Part shown: piece after piece, positions 35,189-46,444 of the stretch
How positions within the stretch are numbered: the first letter of the stretch is position 1
Layout of the letters: the number at the start of each line of letters is the position of its first letter
Assembly (NCBI GenBank): GCA_051294375.1
Contig: CM119263.1
Coordinates: 22,408,833-22,472,832 of the forward strand
Source: Paraspadella gotoi
Lineage: Eukaryota > Animalia > Chaetognatha
Length of the DNA stretch: 64,000 nt
Direction: 5' to 3'
The notes under the pieces: generated by a model
The model's input: the letters and a program-made list of their open reading frames with translations, nothing else
Told to the model about the DNA's origin: nothing
Databases searched by the model: none
Position numbers and translations under genes: made by a program

Positions 35189-38100
35189 TCATGTGTTTTG
35201 AATAAAATTTTTGTCCGACTTGCAAAGGCTGCTTCTTCGCGGGGGAGGTGGTGGTTTAGATTTCAACGGCGAACCGTTTGGATGGCGCGAGGGAGATCCA
35301 GAGTGGTACGAGTCTCTTCCGGATGCGGAAACTTCTGAATGACCGGACGAGACGGACAACTGGGATTGATTGCTCAGTCTTCTGCGATCCCCGTTGTAAA
35401 TATTGCCGCGTTGAGATTCTTCCGACTCTTTTCCGGCCGATAACGATGATAACCCCCTCTCCCTCTCGACGGGTTGGTGAAGAGAGAAGGGAGAATTAAT
35501 CTCGACTCTGTTTTTTCTGATGAGACCGGGGGATCCCGTGGGAAGATAGGGGTTCGCTACGGTTTTTACAGCGTGATTCAATCGAGTTTTGCAGGAGAGG
35601 GGTCCTGGGGAGGAATAGGAGGCCCCGAGGCCAGGGTTATGGCTGGCGAATTTCTCCCCAAAGTCTCCATCCTCCTTTCCGTCCAAAAATGGATTTCGCT
35701 CTCTCAAAAACTCAGTCTGCGACGTTTTAAGTTTTCCCGCCAAACTGCTTCTTGGCTCTGGGGGAACCGCAACGGGCATGGGCGGTGGGGGAGGGGGAAG
35801 CGGCAAGTCTTGATCTGCGAGGAGTTCTTCTTCGGGTGGCGGCGGGGGCAGGTCTTCAAGAGAGAGGACCGATAAGCGATTCTCTTCCCTCCTTTCTGCC
35901 TCTCCCCGCCAATACTCCAATGGAGAAGAGGTTCTGGGCAAGGCTGATCCATCTTTACTGGCGCTGCAGTCAGAAGGCGTCGTCTCAAGCTCCCCGTGGG
36001 TCGTCGACACGTAAGCGGCCGCCCACCGAGCCTCCTCGTTAAAAACGTCCGAGACAAAAGAGATATCCTTCGATAGCGCGTTTATCTCTTCCTCTAGAAT
36101 GAGAGTATCTCGGTAACCCGAATCCACGTTGCAAGATCCGCGTTTTGCTCTTCCGAGAGACGACGACGATGATGAGTTGGATGAAGTATCCGAGTTTCTC
36201 CGTTGAAGTTCCCTTAGCTTCGCCCGTTCCTCGAAGGACGATTCGGTTTTCTCCCTCGGAGCGACCTTGGCGACGGGAACATCATCGGAAAACCCCGTCC
36301 GTGCCAATGTCCTTGTCACGCCGACAGTGAGAGGGAGTTTAGGTTTCGTACCCACGCCGCTTATGAGGGAGGAATGGGCAGGCGTGGACGAGACGTTCGG
36401 AATGCATTGGCGCGCAATCCCCGTTTCCCTTGGCGTAGAGCTTTGTTGAGGCGGAGTGGCTGTCAATCCGATAGTAGACGGGTTTGTCACAAACTTTAGC
36501 TGGGCATAAAGATTTTCGTTTGATTCTGGACAGAAGCCATCGTGGCCCGATTTTACGTCCCTCGAAAGCCCCGATGGCGGTTTCCAGGTGGGCCGACTTT
36601 TGACACCGAGGTCAGACACGTCCGCCTCGCATCCTGACGACTGAGTTAATTCCGAGTACGTGCTGCTGCCGGAATAGGTGCTGGAGCTGCACTGAGAGCT
36701 GCCGCTGAATGACGTCTTCCGGCGTCTGTTGTTGATCAACGGACTCCAGGTAGCGTAATTCATGTTGACCGGCGGCAGAGGGATTTCTGGTGGCGAGAGG
36801 GACAGCTTCGAATCACCTTCTCCGACAGAGTGAAATTTGTCGTTGTCCTGTCAAGAAATTCGTTTCATTTAATTTGTATTGCATTTAATCATTTTATGAT
36901 AATCCTTTCATTTCGTTGTGTTAATGATTAGCGAAAACGAAGTTTAAATTGTTCAACAACGATTTATTATAAATCGTTAAATAATTTAAACTTCGTTTTC
37001 GCTATGCATTTAATCAATAACCTTAGGAATTGTTTTTCATTAAAAAATCAGGTAAAAAATATTTCAAATTATTTGAATTTTAATTTGTATAAAATCAGTG
37101 CATTAATAAAAGAAATAAGCAAATATTAAAAAATAAAAATTGATAAAAATATGCTAATTAATTTGATATGTAAATTTTATTATTTGAAGTTTTGAGCGAT
37201 TGAATCATTAAGCTATTTATTGCTATTTATTCAATAAATTATTATTATTATTATTAAATCAATTAAAAAAGTAATATGAACATAGAACAAGGTAAGTAGA
37301 TAATTTTAAAAATAATGATTACTGCATTATCAAAGCTCTGCAACTATATATATGAGGTAATTTCTTACTATCCTGCATCTAAAGAAAATATTTAAAACAT
37401 TATTTAATCAATATTATAAAAAATATTTGATAAATATTAAAAAATATATTTAAGAATTTTTTTTACCAATTGCTTTATGTAATAATTAATTTATTCTTAA
37501 CCATAATTATCGTAACCTTAATTTTTACCTAAATATATAATAAAAATAATAAAAAAATTATGATATCTAAATTTCTTTATTTTTCTCCCCGAAAAATTAT
37601 CCTCTTCCATTCCGTTTCGTTCTTCTTTTTCCGTTAATTCTTTAAGAAAAACCTTGCTCGTTTTCCCATGGGCCTCCAGAGCCTATTGATCTCCAGGAAT
37701 GCCCCACAAATTGTTGTTAAAACGAAATTTTCGTTAAATCTCTTATCAAAATTCGATAATAATAATAATGACCTTCCCAAAAAGTTATTGAACATCGATT
37801 AGCCATTAGCAAGTGGTGTCAGTTAATAGTTTGATTTCAAAGTGGAGTTTATCCTTTGACATTTACTGTCCTGTGTTATTAGCAAAATTTTAATTGACCT
37901 AACTCACCAGCAACGCTTTTTCCTTATTCTTTGCTTCTTTCTCGGCGACGGTCGCTGTAAAGGCTTTAAAGTCGTCGTATAATTGCCGACCGTACTTGGC
38001 GAGTCGCAGGGCAGCCATCCACCTTCGGTACAGGCCTTCCTCCTCGCAGCAAAAATAATGCAGGGTATCGCAGTCTACTTTTTGACCTCTGGCCGAAAAA

Positions 38101-41050
38101 CGCAAGGCGAATCCGAAATCTCCGGGCGACTTCAATCTCTTTTTCCATTCGACTCCCTCGAAAATCTGAGCGCGGTCGAGCGCGGTTAGAAAGAGCAAGT
38201 CTTTGTCCGACTTTGGCTTCGTCTTAGAACAAAAGTACAAACCAGAATTTCGCAGCACGAGGTAGTTTTTTTTCCACGACTTTTTGGCGTCGGATCGAGC
38301 GTGAAAGTAGCCTTCGACGTGGGGCAATTGAAAGTCGGCCGAGGAGGAAGAGGAGAACAACTGTTGGATCAACCCTTCCTTCTCCGCTGTGTCGAATTCT
38401 TGTTTCGCTGCGGACGGGGAGAACAGATAATTCTGCGGCTGAGAGAACAAGTCGTACTTGTCCCACCTCGTTTTGAAGACAAGTCTGTTCTGAGTGTCCT
38501 TGGTCCAATGACTGATGCTCTCGCTGACGTTCCAGGAATCCTCGAGCAACTGTTCCAAGTGCGTATCGGGAAGAGACTCGACCACGCTCCAGTTGACCGA
38601 TTGCCAGCGACCGTTTTTCTGGATCAGAAGCTGCACCATCTCGGCGACGGTCATTGATTCGTGGGCGAGGATCGTTTTTGAGCTTCCATCCTCGTTGTAG
38701 ACTTTGACCAAGAACTTTCCCAAGGGCGACGTGGAGGGCGCTTCGGACGTCATGTTGCGATTGATTCGATCCGCTTCGGTGGACGTTCGACCTGTAGGAT
38801 CGACGGTCGAACGTTGACTGCCCTGAATCCCGGCGTTGTCGGAAGTCGGGGCGTCGAAGCGGAGCCCGTTGCTGAGTTCTCTGTCCATGAGTTCTGAGGT
38901 GCTAAGAAGATTGGCCATGATGGAAGTCCACTCGGACGAACCATGTAGTGGTTCTCGATGAGATTCCTCGAAATGAGCGTTGTTGTCGCCGTCCGAGTCT
39001 CCGTTTCCACTGGAGACTTTGTCCGAGTTAGAATCGGACGGTAAGGGCGGATCGCGGACTCCTTCGACGTCTTCGTCGCTGCACGAGCTGCGGCAAGAAA
39101 GGCCTTCGGGCGAGAGTCTGTCCAAGTAATCTTCCAACATTCCCGCGTGACAACTCTGCGTCATCGTCGCGCTCGACGCGGCGACCGAGGAACGGAGGAA
39201 GGGGTTCTTGAGCGGGCGATCTGTAGGGGGCGCATCCCCGTCGAGGACGAGTAGAGATCTTCGACGTTGTTGTGGCGCGAGACGTCGATTCGTCGACGGC
39301 GACGAAAAGGGGGCCAAACGGGTCTTGATCGTGTCCCGCGAAAAGGAAGTAGCCGACGGATTAACTCGATTAGTGGAGTTCAAATTTTCGGATCGCGAAG
39401 CGTCGGCGGCGTGAGTTCGAAGTTTTCCGTCGTCGTCGTAGTCGTCGTCGTTTTCGTCGGGGATTCTATCTTCGTGAGCCGGCTGTCGCGACCGGCGGCG
39501 ACTGCTGCCGCTCCCGCCTCCGCCGCTGCTCCAACCGGGAAAGTCCGGGCTGAGTGAATCCAAAGATGCTGGTCGACGAAGAGCGAAACCGACGGCCGTC
39601 CAACTCGAGGGCCGACCCTTCGCCGGAAGTTTGGGAGAAGCAGATAACGTCGATGGGAGGGAGTCGTTCGGTGGTCCGGCCAGAGATTGGCGTTTTACTT
39701 CTGTTTCGATGGCGGGAAGAGAGAGGGGGAGGGGAGAGAAAGTTATTGTACATATTTTAGTTTCAACCTTTAAATTCTTGTCAAGATTCTTTACGAATCA
39801 GCCATTAATCGCTTTATGACTTTTTTTGAGGCGGGGATCCTCGCTTCTCACGAAAAAGTCATTTAACTTTCAACCGCTGAAAATTCTTAGAAGACTCTCC
39901 CAATAAAAAAAAAATTTTCGGTAATTTGCCTGCGGGCGTTTTTTTTTTTTCCGAGAGAGAGAGAGGAGAGGGAGAGGAGAGAGAAATAAGTCGCGTTATA
40001 TTAGGTTTTCTGGCTTCCTCAATTCGCGAAGGTTTTTAACTCTTCATGCGAGATAAAAACTTCAAACTGGGCTATCATCTCAAGTTTCTGCACTAAAAAA
40101 AAAGATTTCAGCGTTCATGCTTGAGGGTTTTTTTCCTGCAGCTTTAGATGTGCAGCGTTTTTTTCTTTTTTTTTGTTTATTTTAACTTAAAAAATAACAC
40201 AGTTTTAGGTTTTCAAATGAGGAAATGTTCGTTAAAGACTTTTTCGCGATAAAACTACACGGATTTCCGTGAATTTTTTTTCTTTTCGTCCAATATGGCG
40301 ATGCTCTTTTGCTTTTATAGATCTTTCTTTTAAAGGTGACTCATGTTATTTCATCGAAACTGAGTCATACGTAACATATTTTTTTCCCTTTTAAATAGAA
40401 AAACTCTTTGATTCGCCAAATCAACATCCATTTCATCCTGCCCTACTTTAATAAAATTATAAAAAATAAAAAGGAAAAACGACAAACATACCCAAAGCGG
40501 CCGTCCGCAGGCGCGCCTCTCGAGGAGTCAGAGCCTCGACGGCTGAAACTGTTTGACCGCCGTATCGTCGTCTCGAGGCCGGAGAACTGTGGCAGGAAGT
40601 CGAGAGTAAGGATCCCGGTGTCGGGGGCTTGGAGCCGATTTTACGAAAGTCCAGTCGTTGATAAGGATTAAAGATTTTCGATGATGACGACGAGCGCGTC
40701 GAAGCGATAGACGAGTGGCTCGCGGAAGCGTTGGTCGGTTTCGACCGAGATGGGCGCGTGTAATGATTACTGGTCGTTCGTTCGGAAGAGGAGGAGGAAG
40801 AAGAGGATGACGACGATGCGTTTTGGCTCAGGATTTCGGGATGAATCACGATTTGGCTCGGTGGCTGAGGGGGAAGGGGGGCGGGAATGGAGGGAGGTAG
40901 TGGGAGGCGTCGGTGAAGGAGCGCAGGGTTGGGCGGTGGTGGATGAGAGGGGGGAGGGCCTCGGGCGGTAAGCGCGTCGCCCGATCGTGCGGACCGAGAT
41001 TGCGACGCCTTGGGCATCGTAAACACGTTTGTGTCCAATATATCCTTCAT
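35189..41050 (-). CDS. MRL-family adaptor (RAPH1/lamellipodin, APBB1IP/RIAM, MIG-10-like); exons 41050-40492, 39700-37908, 36847-35189; ~1336 aa
   Basis: RA domain (VKVYNEDGSSKT...WSVVE..P..LEQLLED) followed by a PH domain (KKSWKK..VLRNSGLYF...WMAALRLAKYGRQLYDDF). C-terminal LPPPP motifs and no SH2 domain. Phase-1 then phase-0 introns join in frame. First exon and start codon are less certain. Confidence 0.85.
36929..37004. repeat. 76-bp near-perfect inverted repeat (hairpin) in the last MRL intron
   Basis: TAGCGAAAACGAAGTTTAAATT...AATTTAAACTTCGTTTTCGCTA (22-bp perfect arms) plus an inner AACGATTTA/TAAATCGTT stem. Confidence 0.85.
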
Positions 41051-41147
41051 TTTTTTATATTTTGCGTGTGCTCACCTTCCTAATGGATTCGTAATCGAAT
41101 TATGAAATTTTTAAAAAAGAGAGAAAAAAAACGAAAAAGGTTAACGG

Positions 41148-41157
41148 NNNNNNNNNN
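41148..41157. other. Assembly gap (10 N) with a ~50-bp flank duplicated on both sides
   Basis: GAATTATGAAATTTTT...AAAAAGGTTAACGG occurs immediately before and immediately after the Ns, consistent with an unmerged contig overlap. Confidence 0.9.
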
Positions 41158-42120
41158 GAATTATGAAATTTTTTAAAAAAGAGAGAAAAAAAGCGAAAAA
41201 GGTTAACGGGAGGAAACTTCATTTATTTAATGTTTTTCTCGAAGGCCGATTTTTTGAAGCCGAGTCACCGATGGCCTTTTTTTTCCTTTCTTCGCTTCTC
41301 TCCTTTGCTTTGGGCTTTGGCGCAATGACAAGGTTTTTCGAGAGATTTCTTCCGTCGGAACCTTTTTTTTAGTGTAACGAAAACCCAATTTTTTTTCTTT
41401 ATTCTCTTTCGCAGCTCTCTTATTTTTTTCCCTGCTGGTTTTTTTTATCGTCGTAATTTGTCTTTTCTTTCTCTCTCCTCTCGCTGAAACCTTCGCGCTG
41501 CGGTCGTCCGGATAATCTTGGCCAGCCGAAGGCGAAGATCTATGAAGATTGGGGAGAAAATAGAGAAAAAAAAAGGGGATTAGAAGTTGTCTTTTGTTTG
41601 CTCGTTTAAATTGTGCCGGGGATCGCGCGGTTTGTCTTTGTAGTCGGCTTAGTCGACTTTGTTACAGTTTTTCAATGATTCGGTCGGTGAAAACGAACGA
41701 AAAACCGGACGTTCAGGACTTTAGGCACATTTTCGAGATGTCAAAAACGTGAGGCATTTTTTTATTCTAAGATATTGGTTGTACCAATTTCATAAAATTC
41801 AGCTGCTTGTATTTTGATGATAGTGCGGAGTACATTACAGTAATACTGTCAGTATTTCCCGATCTTATACTCAAGGGAGTGGTCTTTTCATGCAATTGAA
41901 GCATTCTTTGATAGGGAAGCTAGGTACTCCGGGAGTGAATAAACAAGAGGGCTTTGATTACATGCTTGCTGAGACCTGCTATGTCATTATCTTCTAACCG
42001 TGATAGAGGCCTTAAACGACCAAAGCCTATCCAAAGTCAGGGGCAAGAAAGCTTATTTATTAAATGAATGTTTAATATTTATATTGTTTGTACCAATTTC
42101 ATAGTGATTGCGCGCTTCTG

Positions 42121-42165
<45 letters not shown>

Positions 42166-45100
42166 GGAAACTCGATGGGAGAGGGGGCTTAACGTTTAAC
42201 ATTTCGAAGATCCAAAAACGGGGACGAAAGGATTTGGATTCTGTTCTTTTAAAAAATTCATGAAAAGTCAAAATCGGTCACAAAAGCCTGAATGGAATCG
42301 AGATATTTCTATTTTTTCATCAGTCAAAAAAAAAATTTTTTTTAATGAAAAAAGCCCCAGAATATTTACTTTTTATTTTCGTCCCAGCCGATTTTCATCG
42401 AGATTTTTAATTTTGATGTGAACATGGAATTTGTGCGTTGGTATTTAAATCACCTCAGTGTCACCCGCGGATCGAGGACTAATGGGCAATGTTTCAAGCT
42501 TTTAAGAATATTAGAAAGCCCACCAAAACAACCCCTTCTCCTTTTGGTGTCTGCTTTTTGTTTCGATCTTACAACCACCCCCCCAACCCCCCCCCCCTTT
42601 CTTTCCCCTAACAAAAAAGGCAGGAAGGAAGCTGACGGCCGATTTGATTGATAAGGAATTCGAGCTGCTCGCCTTTTTCTCAAAATTTTCTTTTTCTTCG
42701 CCAACAAAATGTCCAAAGTTCGAGCCGGGGGCTGGGAGAGCGACTCGGAGAGAGAGTCGAGTGAGAGTGAGAGAGAGAGAGAGCGCTAGATTTTAGAAAG
42801 GGAAATGGAGAAAGATAATCGCGCCAGACAGAAAAAGAGCAAATTTCTGAAGAAAAAAAACTCACGTTTACAATCAAACCAGCATTCAATTCAATTAAGC
42901 AAATTGGTTAAAAAAAAGATTTGAAAAAAAAAAAAAACCGAAAATAGAGGGCGAAAGATAAAGCGAGTTGAGAGAGTGAGATCAGGGTCATCCGAAACTG
43001 GATCGCCGTTCGCGTACAATCCCGTTCTGTTTTTACGATACATTTTCGCCAAGAGTCAGAAACGAAAGAAAGAAAAAAAAAAAAAAGAAAGAAAGTTAAC
43101 GAATCGGTCATCGCGAGTAGATTTTTTTTTTGTTCTTTTATTCGGGGCCGACGTTTCCTGAGAAACGAAGATCGCGGTGAAGTTGGCAACTTGGCACGGG
43201 GGTCAATTTCAGAAATAGTCGATGAATTAATCATATTCGCGCATTCATTAATGTTTATCTGAGAAGCGGTGTTTCATCATTTTATTTTTATTCTTCATAG
43301 CAGTTGACTGTTTGAAAGCTTTCAATCAATCATCTTTTGACTTTTATGAAATTGTTAATAACCTAAGGATCTTTTAGAGCATTTCCGTTTTGGTTATTAC
43401 TAAATTTTTAAAAATGGTCTGACACAAATGTTGTTAAAAATCTATTCACGGTTCCCCCCCCGACTTGCTCCGCGGGGTGTGCCGCATTCGCCTCGGGTTC
43501 ACCAAAAGATTTCGTCTTTCGCGACGAACAAAACTTTAAAACAAAAAGGCATCGATTTTTTTTTTCTTTTTTTCGATCCGCGGATTTCGAAAATCGGAGG
43601 TGAGCTTTTCCGGTCGAATGCATCGTCAATGACGACGAAGATGACGTTGATGGGCCGCTGCACCTTCGTTGTACCCAAGAAAAGGAGCGGATGAGAGGGA
43701 AGTCGGAAGCGGATGGAAGAGGACGGGAAATGCCGAACACATTTTCGGAGGCGTGAACGAGTTGGTTGAGGAAGATTGAAATGTACGGAGGTGAATTTGA
43801 TTCGAGTGGGTGGCTTAGTTGCTTCACCCTGGTAGTAATAGTGGTGAATGTCTTTTTTTTCCTGTGAAAAATTCTGTTAGTTTCTTTGTCTTTCTTGATT
43901 GCAAAAATGCTATCCGATACCTTGAGACGACGTGTTGCTTGTCACTTGAGAGAGAGAGAGAGAGAGAGAGAGATCGCTGTCACTTGTTGAAGTCACGCTG
44001 AAAACGATTCGCGACTGAATTGCACGTGCGCGATTCTCTCTTGCATTAGCACTTTTTTCTTTTTGCTGCATCCCGCATGACGAGACGCGATGACCCGCGG
44101 CAGCCGCGTGAGTAAAGCGAGAGAGAGAGCAACTGCGAGAGCGAGAGAGAGAGAGAGAAAGAGCAGAAGGCGTAAGGCCTCTGCGAAACTCCTGAGATCC
44201 GTCTCCAACTTTCTCGATTCACGAATCCATCCCCCCCCTTCGGAACAGGGGGTGGAAAGTCGGGGTCGGCGTGAAGAAGAGGATGATGATCGACGTAGCG
44301 TGGCAACGGGAGGAGGAAGAGCACCGTTTTCGAAAGAGGGACTAAAATGAGTCATCCTCAGATCGTACTCGCGGGGTCTTTGTTCCTTCAAAGGTAGGGG
44401 GAAAGAGTGGGGGGGCAGAAGGCGATGCCAGCTCTCGAGTCCCGACCCTCGAGCTTTCTCCGTGGAGCAGCCTCTCTCTGTCTTTCTCTCTCATAACTCC
44501 GTCTCTATCCTCCCGTTCGTGAATTCGACGGTTATTTTTACAAGATATTACGCATTAATGATTTCGGATTATCTCTCATCGAGGACGAGGACGAAGACGA
44601 CGAGTTCAGGCCTTGCTGCTTCTCTGCCACCTGGCATCGAGGAGGAGAACCGATCACGAAATTTATTTTCCAGGGTTTGAGTTTTAACGATTTCCCGATT
44701 GGCTAATTGCTCAATTGGTGATAATAGGTTTAATTCGCTGGAAATATATGAAGAGACATTCTTTTTTTGAGACGACTATATTTCATGATCATATTTTTTT
44801 CCCTTTGTTAGAAACGTTTTTTTATTTTTAATTAAAGCATTCAGTATAAAATTAAATGTTCTTAAAAACTAAAAAAGATGATAGAAAATTAATTCTAATC
44901 TGAGACTGTTTTCCCTCGACAACCAGCACGTTTCTGTTCAAGTTAAACCGGTCTATTTATATCATCTGTTCCCATATTAAGTTATGTCTAAAAACTGCTA
45001 ATCATGATTGTCATAGCAAAATTCTTTTTGCTAATAAAAATCAACAATGTGAGAGCAAGAAAATTAAAAAAGCTTAAAGAAGAGAAAATATTTTTCAAGG

Positions 45101-45399
45101 AAAAGTTTAACTTTCGCGTTTGATCGAAAAAAAAAAGTTCATCTTGAGACAAAAGGCGGGGATGTCGGTGCATCGAGTTCGCAGACGGGGAGTCCGGAGA
45201 CGAAGAAGACATTCCTCACTCGCCCTCACCTACCCGAACAAAGACTCTCTCACCCGGAGTCGGGAAAGGCAGCTGCAGCCGCGCAGCCGGTCCGAGCTGA
45301 CCTCCAGGATTTCTCAAGGCCCGGGGAGATGTTTAGCTTCGAAACCCCCACAGCGGCCTCTCTGATCTGATGGTTGCGTGTGAAATACGAATCTGCGGA

Positions 45400-45445
<46 letters not shown>

Positions 45446-46444
45446 TTGTTTACTGAACGCCCGGACAATCGACATAACGCGTCCGAGTTCGAACTCGAGT
45501 CTTCAAACTCCCGAAGGGAAAAATCAACGAATTCTTTCTTTCTTTCTTTTTTGTATCTTTTGTTTTTTTGGCGTGATTTAGCGAATTCTAAAACCGCAAG
45601 ATTGTAAAAAGCCATAAAACTCTGTCGAAGAGAAAGAATTTTCTTTTTTTTCTCCTCCGCTGGCATTCCGATCGTGTATCGCAATTCGGCCGTTGAAATC
45701 ATTTTTTGGGGGGCGCCCAGGGGTCGAATCCCACCTAAAAGCGAGATAGTTTTTTTGATATTTAATGAGAATTAAATATTTTCTAAATGAATTAATTTGT
45801 AGTTAAACAAAAAACGATAACTACGGAGTACGGACGTACATAGTTGAAAGAATCGTGCTGTAGGAAAATAGTTTTTGTAGTTTGTAGTTTGTAGTTCGTA
45901 GTTTTTGAATTTTTTAAATTCGTTTTTTGTCTGCTGACTTTTTTCTCATGGCAATTTAACTAGATAAAAAAAACTATTAAGAGCTTTGGGGGTATTCATA
46001 TTGACTCTGATTAAGACTCCTCGGGCTTTCCCTCTTTTGGTGACCATTTTAAAATACTTTTGTTTCTAGCTTCGTTTCTCGACGCTAGGAGCGGGTTAGC
46101 TTGGAGCTCTATGCACCTCCGATTGATAACAAAAAGCAAACGTTGGCAGCGAGATTCATAATTATTTCATCACCCTCGTTGGCTCTTTGGCGTCTTTAAA
46201 ACTGCGAAAAAAAAGACGTCTCTTAGTTTTATTTACTACTGAAATAATTTTTGAAAATGAATCTGTCAAATACTAGGATGAACGCAAAAGTGGTGTTTAT
46301 ATTTTAATTAAAATATTTAATGCGACTTTAGACAGCAATAACTGGAAAGATTTGGTTAAAAACGGAAGATTCAACACGTCGACTTTAAAAGGAAAACAAT
46401 CTTTATTTACAGGAGACACAGAAGACCGCTATCGTCTCGTCGTC

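Noticed and set aside
41098-41209. Direct repeat of ~50 bp
   Set aside because: It flanks the N gap and is most likely an unmerged contig overlap.
41843-41854. TAATACTGTCAG, matching the 5' end of miR-8/miR-200
   Set aside because: The match stops at 12 nt, there is no convincing precursor hairpin, and it is part of a short local palindrome.
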